DNA of 64,000 nt, taken from the NCBI GenBank assembly GCA_025355165.1, contig JANYAD010000048.1:15071-79070 (forward strand), in the 5' to 3' direction. This DNA comes from Gammaproteobacteria bacterium (GTDB taxonomy: Bacteria; Pseudomonadota; Gammaproteobacteria; Steroidobacterales; Steroidobacteraceae). Positions 39,428 through 48,012 of the stretch are shown in pieces (position 1 is the first letter of the stretch; each line of letters begins with the position of its first letter). A program made the translations under genes and the position numbers. A model generated the notes under the pieces. The model saw only the letters and a program-made list of their open reading frames with translations, was not told where the DNA came from and searched no databases.

Positions 39428-40600
39428 TCAGTTGGCGCGGATTGCCGTCGCAACCGGCAAGCGCGCAGCGCGCAGTGCCGGAAGCAGCCCACCCATCAGG
39501 CCCATCCCAAGCGCCCATGCGATGCCAATTAACCCTAAGGCCGGCGTCACCGCCAAGCGAAAGTTATAGCCGAAGGGACTTGCCGACAGTCCATTGAAAA
39601 GCGCCCATGCCAGCGCACCTCCCAGTAGCGCGCCCGGCAAGGCAAACAACAGCGACTCGCAGAGAATGGCGGCGCCGATCGCGCCGGAGCCGAATCCGAT
39701 CGCACGCAATGTGCCGAATTCCCGGCGACGCGAGTCGACAATCGCGTACAGAGAATTCACCGCGCCGAGCGTAGCGCCAATGGCCATGACGGCGCCGACG
39801 AAGTAGCTGGCGAAATCCAGAATGCCTTTCAGCTGTTTGAGTTGCGCTTCCACCACCTCGCGCTCGTGCCGAACTTCCAGATGCAGCGTTGGATTGGCCT
39901 GCAGCGCGTCACGAAGCACGCCGTAGTCCGCCGGCGTTTTCAGCATGGCCGAGACCAGAGTGTAGGTGTTGCGGTTGAAGGTCGACATCAGGATATCGAC
40001 GTCGGTGTACAGAATGCACTGCTGCGACTGGCCCTCGTCAAAGTGGCCGACGACGGACCAATCGATGCCGCGAATCGAGCGCCTGTCGCCGATTTCGAAG
40101 CCGCTGAACTGACGGCGGCAGGGGTTGTTGGCAATGAACTCATGCAGGCCGCGCTGAAACATGCGCCCGGCAGTAAGGCGGATTTCCGGTCGGTACTGTG
40201 TGAAGGTGGGAGTCGTGCCGATTAGCGGAAAGAAGATCCGGGTACCTGTGACGCGCCTTCTGGCCTCAATGGGCACCATCAAGTCGAACACTACGATAGG
40301 TTCGCCAGCGTTGCCCGTCTTTATGCTTGGCAAGCCCCGAGCGGTGACGGCTTCATCCCTGGGGATGCTGCTCTGACTACCGAACGCGCCGGTGCTGTTC
40401 AGTATCACCGGATCCTCGCGTACATCCCCCATCGACTGGCGCCGCACTCCGGCGCCCATCGCGAGCATGGACACCAGCACGCCCACCGCGCACGTTACGC
40501 CGATGATGATCGTCAGAACCGACCCCAGCCGCTGCCCGGCGGACGATAGGTTGATGCCCACTATGCCAAAAAATTGTCGGATGAAATTCATGCCGTTCAA
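39428..40600 (-). CDS. FtsX/MacB-type ABC permease, type A (paralog of 54361..55539)
   Basis: 390 aa: TM1, a ~230-aa periplasmic domain, then three C-terminal TMs. It ends GGLLPALRAARLPVATAIRAN, against GGFFPALRAARLPVAEALRAA in the paralog. Confidence 0.85.
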   Translation of the reverse strand: MNGMNFIRQFFGIVGINLSSAGQRLGSVLTIIIGVTCAVGVLVSMLAMGAGVRRQSMGDVREDPVILNSTGAFGSQSSIPRDEAVTARGLPSIKTGNAGEPIVVFDLMVPIEARRRVTGTRIFFPLIGTTPTFTQYRPEIRLTAGRMFQRGLHEFIANNPCRRQFSGFEIGDRRSIRGIDWSVVGHFDEGQSQQCILYTDVDILMSTFNRNTYTLVSAMLKTPADYGVLRDALQANPTLHLEVRHEREVVEAQLKQLKGILDFASYFVGAVMAIGATLGAVNSLYAIVDSRRREFGTLRAIGFGSGAIGAAILCESLLFALPGALLGGALAWALFNGLSASPFGYNFRLAVTPALGLIGIAWALGMGLMGGLLPALRAARLPVATAIRAN

Positions 40601-40601
40601 G

Positions 40602-41744
40602 TTAGCCGCTTGCCAACGCGGTCGCGATCCTAAGTCGCGCCGCTAAGACCGCCGGGACCGCTGCGCTGATCAGTGCCACTGCCACGGCGAGACTTAAGCC
40701 GACTGCGACGACGATGGTAGGCATGGAAAGCCCTTGCATGATTGCCGTAAGCGGAAGCACGACGGTCGCCAGCGCCAGCCCAAATCCCGCAGCAGCGACG
40801 CATACCAGCAAAGCTTCAGCCAGGATGATCAGGAACACCGCGCGATCGGTAAAACCGACCGCCTTGATAACCGCAAACTCCAACGAGCGCTCGCGTACCG
40901 ATTGCATCAGCATGGTGGCAGTCGCAAACAGCAGTGCCGCGAGCACTGCGCCGACGATGGCGCGAATGAGGAAATTCATGTCCCCGATCGACTGCGTCTG
41001 GGATTGCGCCAGCTCCAGCAATGACTCGGTTTTCGTCTCCTGGGGAGAATTGACGAAGCGCCGGTCGATTTCGTCGGCCACCGTCGCTGCCTGCGTTGCA
41101 TCCGAGATCGCCACGTTGAAGTGTTGCACAGTGCCCTTGCCAAGCACGCGAGCCTCGTCGAGGTAGGCCAAATTGATCACGATGATGTATCGCGCGCCAC
41201 CGACGTCGCTGTCGGTGAAGGTGCCCACAACATCGAACGCCCAGTTGGTCGATCCACTTACCTGCGCCGTATTGGACATCAAGGGGATGCGATCGCCGAT
41301 TTTCCAACCATACTTATCGGCTAGCTCCTTCCTGACCAATGCGCTCGTGCGCAGTTTCTGCAAGGCCGCGACATAGTCGGGGGCGATCGTATAGGTAAAC
41401 GCGGATGGCCAATCCCCGACCAGACCGATCGCGACCACCGCCAACCGGTCCGAAGGCTTTTGATAGGTGGCTCCGAAAATGTCCACGGGGACAACCAATT
41501 TCACGCCAGGTACGGAGTTGATCTGCTCGATCAAACCCGAAGGCAGCGACTCGGCAAGAAAACTCAAGCGGCTATGCACGATGAGCAGATCCGCGCGCGC
41601 GGCGGCGGATGCATGATCCACACCGGTTTTCAGACCTTGGAGCATACCGAAAAGAGCAAACGCGATACTGACTTGTAAGAAAATCAGTACAGTCCTTGCG
41701 GGTTTACGCCATATGCCGGACCAAAAGAGCGGTAGAAATCTCAT
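40602..41744 (-). CDS. FtsX/MacB-type ABC permease, type B (paralog of 55563..56726)
   Basis: 380 aa. It starts MRFLPLFWSGIWRKPARTVLIFLQVSIAFALFGMLQG, against MKYFPLIWATLWRKKARTIFTLLSVIVAFLLFGVLET in the paralog. Its stop lies 1 nt from the downstream permease start. Confidence 0.85.
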   Translation of the reverse strand: MRFLPLFWSGIWRKPARTVLIFLQVSIAFALFGMLQGLKTGVDHASAAARADLLIVHSRLSFLAESLPSGLIEQINSVPGVKLVVPVDIFGATYQKPSDRLAVVAIGLVGDWPSAFTYTIAPDYVAALQKLRTSALVRKELADKYGWKIGDRIPLMSNTAQVSGSTNWAFDVVGTFTDSDVGGARYIIVINLAYLDEARVLGKGTVQHFNVAISDATQAATVADEIDRRFVNSPQETKTESLLELAQSQTQSIGDMNFLIRAIVGAVLAALLFATATMLMQSVRERSLEFAVIKAVGFTDRAVFLIILAEALLVCVAAAGFGLALATVVLPLTAIMQGLSMPTIVVAVGLSLAVAVALISAAVPAVLAARLRIATALASG

Positions 41745-41855
41745 GCGCTGTCCGGGATCAATTTCCTGGATCTACAATACGCCTGGCCGGCTTAAACCTG
41801 CCTTTATGGAACTCGCTAGGATCGAGCTGCGCAGATGAGAGCGAACGCCTTCATA

Positions 41856-42824
41856 TCAACGCTCATTAGCCTTTACAGGCGGGTCTGGAAGCGCTTTTCG
41901 ATAGGGAAATTCAGGACCGCGGTGCCGGCACGTGATAGCGGCCGCTTGCGAGCAAAAGTTTCCCATCGCCCTTATCTGCTCGGGTGATAACTGGGCGAGG
42001 GCGGCGGGCGAGGCAAGCCGCTTCTCGGCGAGCCAAGCGAGCATTGCGGCCTGGAAACTATCGCCCGCGCCCACCGTGTCAGCCACGATGACTTTGACCG
42101 CGGGGACATCGATGCGGCCGGCGGACCTAGAGTAGAGACTGGCACCGCGCGCCCCCCGCGTCACGACTAGCAATGAGCAATGTGCGGCTAACCAGCGTTG
42201 CGCAATCACGCTGTCGTCGACATCCGCATTATAAATCGTCTTGAGGTCCTCTTCGCTGACTTTGATCAAATGCGCCAGCTTTGCGAAGGATTCGACGGAC
42301 ACGCGCCATCGTTCGATATCGGGCTCGAATGCGGTCCGAACATTGGGGTCAAAACTGCTGATGATACCTTTCGGAGCCTCTCTCAGCAGATCCAACAGCA
42401 TTGCCGAAGATTGCCGCGACACAATCGGTATGGAGCCAACATGAATGCCGCATATCGATTCCCAATGCGGCTTGATCGTCTCAGGATCAGGGTGAAACAA
42501 TGCTGAATCAAGACCATGGAAGGCATACCGCGCGTTGCCTTGTGCGTCCACATCGACCATGGCGAGCGGAGTAGCCTTGCCCGTTCGGCGCAGGAAACGG
42601 CCATCGACCCGTTCCGCCGCCAACCGCAATTCGAGCAGCCGTCCGAGCGTGTCAGGCGCGAGCTCTGTTGCTAACGACACAGGACAACCGAGCCGAGCAA
42701 GCCCGATGGCGACGTTATGCGGGGAGCCGCCCGCCTTGGCTGACAGCGATACCTTGTTCGGACTGGCAGATCCGCTTGGATCGATCAGGACGTCGTACAA
42801 CGCCTCACCGCAAACCAAATACAT
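41856..42824 (-). CDS. PfkB-family sugar kinase (fructokinase-like)
   Basis: 322 aa: CGEALYD, GGSPHNVAIGLARLG, DTVGAGDSF. Confidence 0.9.
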   Translation of the reverse strand: MYLVCGEALYDVLIDPSGSASPNKVSLSAKAGGSPHNVAIGLARLGCPVSLATELAPDTLGRLLELRLAAERVDGRFLRRTGKATPLAMVDVDAQGNARYAFHGLDSALFHPDPETIKPHWESICGIHVGSIPIVSRQSSAMLLDLLREAPKGIISSFDPNVRTAFEPDIERWRVSVESFAKLAHLIKVSEEDLKTIYNADVDDSVIAQRWLAAHCSLLVVTRGARGASLYSRSAGRIDVPAVKVIVADTVGAGDSFQAAMLAWLAEKRLASPAALAQLSPEQIRAMGNFCSQAAAITCRHRGPEFPYRKALPDPPVKANER

Positions 42825-43127
42825 GATGTCCTTCTGACGCGGGCACGGCGCCGTTAACGGTATTTTTTAGCATACAACACGTAGACTATCCTAACCGGCA
42901 CTTGGACGAACCGCCGCCCCGGGTGCCGGTGCCTAGCGCAAGGCGCGATTCCTCAAGGAGAGCGTATGGTCATTTTTCCTTTCTACCACGGGATTCCTGT
43001 CGTTCTCGGTGCAGTTGAATTCCAGCATACGGTTCGCGCCTTTCTGTCGCACGTACTTCAAGGTCATTTGCCAAGGACCGACTAATGCGACGGGATCTGC
43101 GAGCGTGTCTGCGTCGATCAGCCTTAG

Positions 43128-43510
43128 GCGCTCGGCGAATGCGGCGTGGAAATGCGCAATGTCGCCGGGTTGACCGAGGCGAAAGGCGCGGAGGCGCTGG
43201 ATATCAATAAACGCACGGTGCGCCGCGATTGGCAACGCGCGCGCTGCTACGCGCGATTTGGACCGATTGATAAATGCTCGTTTCTTATCAACTGCACGGT
43301 TCCTTTCCAAGAATCCGTGGTCATAGACCATGCCAAAGTTCCCCTGTCCCCCCCGACCTGTGGCCGGAATTCTCCGAACTGTTGCGTGCCGTGCTCGAGC
43401 TGCCTGCCGAGCAACGCGCACCGTGGCTCGATACTTTGCCGCGGCGGCATACGATATTGCGTTCCGGACAGGCGAAGATAAAGTGCAAGCGTCTCTTACT
43501 CCTTACTTAA
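43128..43510 (+). pseudogene. Remnant of an ECF sigma factor (region 4 only) followed by the N-terminal leader of its partner Ser/Thr kinase; neither is a complete gene
   Basis: Frame 0 reads ...VEMRNVAGLTEAKGAEALDINKRTVRRDWQRAR, the RTVxRDWxxAR region 4.2 signature, with a stop just upstream at 43125. Another frame reads WPEFSELLRAVLELPAEQRAPWLDTL, the typical leader of kinases paired with this ECF group, and then stops. No kinase domain follows. Confidence 0.4.
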
Positions 43511-43781
43511 CGGCGCCGCGACGACACCCGGCCGCCGCACTGACAGAATTGAGGCCGGGAAATGCGTCTTCGAGCGGAGGCTAGACGTGGCGGCGTGGCT
43601 AAAGTGTGTCGCTGGGCGACGGATCGCTCCTCCGCTATGCCGCACGCACACCTGATGATCCGGCCCGCCTGACATCGCCGCTGCCGCAACAACCTTCAAG
43701 ACAATCGTTGCCTTCGATAGCGCCCAATGACGCGCAATACGGCCTGCCGTACGGTTCAGCTTTCAGCAGTCGAGCAGGTAA

Positions 43782-44729
43782 TTAGTTCTTCAAAAAACCG
43801 AACCATCCACGGCGTGTGCCCGCACCCCGATCTGATGAAGATGCCGCAGCCCTGTTCAAAAAGAAACGCAGCATTTCTTCACTGGCATCCGGCCCTTTGC
43901 GGTCAGAATAGCTACCCCTGGGACTGCCGCCGAACCAGGTGTGCCCACCACCCTTGACGAGCCAATGTTCGGCGGCGAGTTCACCTGCCGCATCGAGGTA
44001 TTTTGTACGCGTACAGGCTCGCCCCTTTTCGAGCGACTCTTCGGACGGCTGGGAAAGCAGCGGCCGTGGCATGCTCCTTATCCACTGCGTGATGATTTGC
44101 TCGCCATTCTTCGGATGCACAGTGCTGTCTTGGTCACCGTGAAAAACAATGATAGGTACAGCCTTTCCGTCTAGCGGCTCTGTCGTCATACCGCCATCGC
44201 GCATAGCAGTGATGGCGCCGAACAGGTTCTGCGCGGATCGATACGGCATCCCGGCTGAAACCCCGACCGCTGCATATAGTTCGGGGTAAGTGGCGGCCAT
44301 GGTAACGGCCATTGCGCCGCCGGCTGAGAGGCCTGCGATAAAAACTCGCTTCTCATCGATGTGGTAGGTGTCCATCACCTCACGGGTGATGCCGGCGATT
44401 ATCGAGGGCTCGCCCTGATCACGCTGCTGATCATGCGTATCGAACCAGTTCCAACACCTCATTGGGTTCGCCGATTTCGGCTGCCCAGGGTACACCACGA
44501 AGCACAGCTGCTTGTCGGCCAACGAGTTCATGCACGTGCCGATGGCAAAATCCTCAGGATCCTGCGAACAGCCGTGCAGCATCACGATTAACGGCAGTGG
44601 CTGGCCGTGGTAGCCACTCGGCACATGCACGTTATACGTGCGCGTGCCGGCGCTGTTGGTAAATGAGCGATCGACGAATTTGCCCAATGCGAGATCTCGG
44701 GAGCGGGCCATGAGCTCAGTGTAGATCAT
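43782..44729 (-). CDS. PHB-depolymerase-family esterase (LpqC / esterase_phb type) without a signal peptide
   Basis: 315 aa from the ATG at 44729: PLIVMLHGCSQ, ANPMRCWNWF, RVFIAGLSAGGAMA (nucleophile elbow), IVFHGDQDSTV. The N-terminus is not hydrophobic. Confidence 0.8.
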   Translation of the reverse strand: MIYTELMARSRDLALGKFVDRSFTNSAGTRTYNVHVPSGYHGQPLPLIVMLHGCSQDPEDFAIGTCMNSLADKQLCFVVYPGQPKSANPMRCWNWFDTHDQQRDQGEPSIIAGITREVMDTYHIDEKRVFIAGLSAGGAMAVTMAATYPELYAAVGVSAGMPYRSAQNLFGAITAMRDGGMTTEPLDGKAVPIIVFHGDQDSTVHPKNGEQIITQWIRSMPRPLLSQPSEESLEKGRACTRTKYLDAAGELAAEHWLVKGGGHTWFGGSPRGSYSDRKGPDASEEMLRFFLNRAAASSSDRGAGTRRGWFGFLKN

Positions 44730-44850
44730 CCTTGCGCCTCGATGCAGCGGCAACACGGGCGCTTATTGCAGTGAGGTTCCCGGGGGCGCATGATTCAAAA
44801 AACAGGGCTTTGCGTCTGGTCATAAAGAGACTAGCCAACAGCGGGAGAAA

Positions 44851-45603
44851 GTGAACGTGACTGACAAAAGAATCGCGATGGTGACGGGTGGAATGGGGGG
44901 CTTGGGCGAAGCTATTTGTATGAAGTTGGCGGCAATGGGGGATACGGTTATTTCGACGTATTCACCAACCAACATGAAATCCGAACAGTGGCTGGCCGGC
45001 ATGAAGACGCAAGGCTTTTCGTTTTACGCCTACGCCTGTGACGTGACGGATTGGAAATCTTGCGAGGCCTGCGTTGAACACATCACGAAGGAGATCGGTC
45101 CGATCGACGTGCTGGTCAACAACGCCGGGATTACCCGCGACATGACCTTCAAGAAAATGGATTGCGTCAATTGGAATGTGGTGATGAGTTCGAACCTAAC
45201 GTCTGTTTTCAACATGACCAAGCAAGTATGCGATGGCATGATTGAGCGCGGTTGGGGGCGCATCATCAACATCTCTTCGGTCAACGGCCAGAAGGGTGCA
45301 TTCGGCCAGACGAACTATTCGGCCGCGAAAGCCGGCATGCATGGGTTCACCAAGGCATTGTCGCTGGAGGTCGCGCGTAAAGGCGTCACCGTGAACACGA
45401 TTTCGCCCGGTTACATTGGTACCAAGATGGTGATGGCGATTCCACGGGAGGTTTTGGATTCTAAAATAATTCCGCAAATTCCGATGGGACGGCTTGGCAA
45501 GCCCGAAGAGGTCGCAGGACTGGTTGCCTACCTGGCGAGCGAGGAAGCAGCATTTGTTACGGGCGCGAATATCGCGATCAACGGCGGCCAGCATATGCAA
45601 TGA
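44851..45603 (+). CDS. phaB: Acetoacetyl-CoA reductase
   Basis: 250 aa with a GTG start after GGGAGA. Collinear and highly similar to Cupriavidus PhaB: VTGGMGGLG, NNAGITRD, GWGRIINISSVNGQKG.FGQTNYSAAKAG.HGFT, VNTISPGYI, NGG.HM. Confidence 0.95.
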   Translation: MNVTDKRIAMVTGGMGGLGEAICMKLAAMGDTVISTYSPTNMKSEQWLAGMKTQGFSFYAYACDVTDWKSCEACVEHITKEIGPIDVLVNNAGITRDMTFKKMDCVNWNVVMSSNLTSVFNMTKQVCDGMIERGWGRIINISSVNGQKGAFGQTNYSAAKAGMHGFTKALSLEVARKGVTVNTISPGYIGTKMVMAIPREVLDSKIIPQIPMGRLGKPEEVAGLVAYLASEEAAFVTGANIAINGGQHMQ

Positions 45604-45608
45604 GCATG

Positions 45609-47339
45609 CTAACGCTGTAACACGTAGCTTCCCGGCGCATCTTCCAGCACTGCGTATCCCGCGGCGGCGTTGCCGACCTGCGGTGACGGTGTGTCCATGG
45701 CACCCGAGTGTGCGGTGAGCCATGCCTGCCAGGTCGGCCACCATGAGCCCTGTTGCAGCTCCGCTTGGTCCTGCCATTGCTCGGGGGTCAAAACTCTTTC
45801 CGCGTCTTTCCACGTCAGCGCCCGGAATCTTCGCTTCGGGTTTTCAGGGCCGCAGACGATGCCGCCGTTATGACCGCCGCTTACCAGTGCAAAGGTGTAG
45901 TCCACCGATCGTGTTAATGCGCGAACCTTGAATGTCGAGGTCCATGGCGCGACGTGGTCCGCCTCGGTGCCGAGCACAAACATCGGCAAGGTGAGTGCGT
46001 TTAGATTGACGATCTCGCCATTGACCTTGAAACGGCCCCCTGCGAGATCATTCTGCAAATACAGCTGTTTTAAGTATTCACTGTGCATACGGCTGGGCAT
46101 ACGCGTGCCATCGCTATTCCAAGCCATTAAGTCATTGAGCTTTTCCCGCTTGCCTTTGAGGTAGGTATTGACGGCTGGATTCCACAGCAAGTCCCGAGAG
46201 CGCAGCAGGGTGAAGGAAGCGCCCATTTTGTCGCTGCTGAGTACGCCGGCTTTATGCATCACTGCTTCTAGCATCGAGAGCTGACTGGGGCTGATGAACA
46301 AGGACAATTCACCCGGTTCGCTGAAATCCGTCTGCGCCGCGAACAAGGTCACCGACGCCAGACGCTCATCGCCGCGACGCGCAAGCTCCGCCGCTGCGAT
46401 CGACAGTAAAGTCCCGCCGATGCAGTAACCCACGGCATGAACCTTTGCGTGCGGCACGATCGCGCCCACGGCACCTAGAGCATCGCGTATCCCTAGGTTG
46501 TGGTAATCGTCCATACCGAGATTGCGATCGGTGGCTTGTGGGTTCTTCCACGAGATCATGAATACCGTGTGACCCTTATCGACTAGGTAGCGAACCAGCG
46601 AATTGCTCGGCGATAGATCGAGGATGTAAAATTTCATGATCCATGCCGGCACTATCAAGATCGGCTCGGCGTGGACTTGGGGCGTATTCGCGCCATACTG
46701 AATGAGTTCGATCAGGTCGTTGCGGTAGACAACCTTGCCGGGTGTGACGGCAAGGTTTTCGCCTACCTTAAATTCCCCACTCCCGGTGGGGGCTTTATGA
46801 TTGAGCATTGCGTCGGCATCTTCGAGCCAATTCTTAAACCCGGCCACCAGATTTTGTCCGGATTGCGCCCGAGTGAACTCCAGCAGTTCCGGGTTTCCGA
46901 GAAGATAATTAACGGGCGAAGCAGCCTCGAGCAATTGCCGAGAGGTGAATTTGACCAGATCTGCACTGCGCTGGGGAATGCCGGGGACTTCAGCCGTTGC
47001 CTGGGTTACCAATTGCTCCCAGTTTAGGTAACTCCGTGCCATGACATTGAACGGCCACCGGGTCCAAGCTTCCGCTGCAAATCTTTTGTCGTCGTTTGCC
47101 GGCGCGGTCGGCTTGCCCTCTGCCGCCTTGAGGAGGAAGGAAAAATTATCGGCGATTGCCTGAAAAGCGCTTTGCGCCAGTTCGGTCTGTTTCCCCGGCG
47201 ACTGGGCTAGATTGAGATACCAATCCCACCACGCTTGGGCATAGTCATCGGGAGCGAGCCCCCCGGTGACGGCAGCCAACTGCGCTCGCATCTCGCGCGC
47301 AAGTTGCTCTTGTGTATTGTTTGGGATCGATTCAGCCAC
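45609..47339 (-). CDS. phaC: Class I poly(3-hydroxyalkanoate) synthase
   Basis: 576 aa. The GTG start follows AGGAGG with a 5-nt spacer. The lipase box is VGYCIGGTL. The length and N-terminal region fit class I. It converges on phaB with only 5 bp between the stops. Confidence 0.95.
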   Translation of the reverse strand: MAESIPNNTQEQLAREMRAQLAAVTGGLAPDDYAQAWWDWYLNLAQSPGKQTELAQSAFQAIADNFSFLLKAAEGKPTAPANDDKRFAAEAWTRWPFNVMARSYLNWEQLVTQATAEVPGIPQRSADLVKFTSRQLLEAASPVNYLLGNPELLEFTRAQSGQNLVAGFKNWLEDADAMLNHKAPTGSGEFKVGENLAVTPGKVVYRNDLIELIQYGANTPQVHAEPILIVPAWIMKFYILDLSPSNSLVRYLVDKGHTVFMISWKNPQATDRNLGMDDYHNLGIRDALGAVGAIVPHAKVHAVGYCIGGTLLSIAAAELARRGDERLASVTLFAAQTDFSEPGELSLFISPSQLSMLEAVMHKAGVLSSDKMGASFTLLRSRDLLWNPAVNTYLKGKREKLNDLMAWNSDGTRMPSRMHSEYLKQLYLQNDLAGGRFKVNGEIVNLNALTLPMFVLGTEADHVAPWTSTFKVRALTRSVDYTFALVSGGHNGGIVCGPENPKRRFRALTWKDAERVLTPEQWQDQAELQQGSWWPTWQAWLTAHSGAMDTPSPQVGNAAAGYAVLEDAPGSYVLQR

Positions 47340-47386
47340 CCTAGCCTCCTTTGCCCATCATAGTCCCAGGTGGCCGAAGCTTGGGC

Positions 47387-47411
47387 AAAAAAAAGGGCGA
47401 CTCGGTCGCCC
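47387..47411 (-). terminator. Rho-independent terminator after the phasin gene
   Basis: The minus strand reads GGGCGAC-cga-GTCGCCC followed by T8 (plus-strand A-run at 47387-47394), 27 nt after the phasin stop. Confidence 0.8.
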
Positions 47412-47437
47412 TTTCCGCTATCGCGCTAGCACCAAAG

Positions 47438-47797
47438 TTACGCGGCTTTTTTTGCCGTATCGGCAACCTTTGCGCCGGCTTCGTCGAAAAACTTGGTGAC
47501 GTTGCCCTGCGTTTCGGACGCAATCTGCGTGAACTCTTCCGCCCTGGCCCGCAACTTCTCGCTGAACGTGGTGTTCAATTTGGTTTGTTGGCTGACCAGA
47601 TCGGCTACCGATTTCGGCTCGCTGCTGGTCTTGGCGTGCGATAGGGTCCAATCCAGGTAGTCACCGGCAACGGCGAACTGGTATCGGGCCAGGCGCTCGA
47701 TTGTCTTCAGGCTATTCTGTTGGGCCGCAATGATTGGCGCGAAGGCCTGGCGATAGGTATCGAACAGAGCGGTAAAATCGAGGGTGGGCTGGGTCAT
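47438..47797 (-). CDS. phaP: Phasin (PHA granule-associated protein)
   Basis: 119 aa from the ATG at 47797, after AGGAGA. The phasin-like helical sequence reads DFTALFDTYRQAFAPIIAAQQNSLKTIERLARYQFAVAGDYLDW.... The locus context supports the call. Confidence 0.8.
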   Translation of the reverse strand: MTQPTLDFTALFDTYRQAFAPIIAAQQNSLKTIERLARYQFAVAGDYLDWTLSHAKTSSEPKSVADLVSQQTKLNTTFSEKLRARAEEFTQIASETQGNVTKFFDEAGAKVADTAKKAA

Positions 47798-47836
47798 GGT
47801 GATCTCCTGGTCAATGGCACGTGTCTTAGTGGCGCC

Positions 47837-47864
47837 ATTATACACACAAAAGTATGCAGTGCAA
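47837..47864 (-). promoter_or_regulatory. Sigma-70-type promoter of the phasin gene
   Basis: The minus strand reads TTGCAC-16 nt-TATAAT (a perfect -10). This leaves a ~33-nt leader to the AGGAGA and ATG of phaP. Confidence 0.6.
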
Positions 47865-47867
47865 AAT
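47851..47867. promoter_or_regulatory. Candidate PhaR operator, copy 1, overlapping the -35 and spacer of the phaP promoter
   Basis: The plus strand AGTATGCAGTGCAAAAT matches 14 of 17 positions with 49802..49818 upstream of phaR, in the same orientation relative to both minus-strand genes. It contains TGCA-N-TGCA. Confidence 0.45.
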
Positions 47868-48012
47868 GAATCTTTGCGCGTCGACTTGAATAACTGGTTA
47901 AACTATAACTACATGATGTATATGTATTTTAGTGTAGTTTGCATCTATAAAGGGTTCACAAACCAAGTGACTATTAACGCGGTGCCGTAAATATCGTGCC
48001 AGGGAGAGCGGA

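Noticed and set aside
42933-43421. A 162-aa minus-strand ORF in the gap between the sugar kinase and esterase genes.
   Set aside because: It is Arg/Ala-rich with no motifs, and it is antisense to the sigma-factor region 4 remnant, which gives a far more specific match. It is kept only as an alternative to test by BLASTX.
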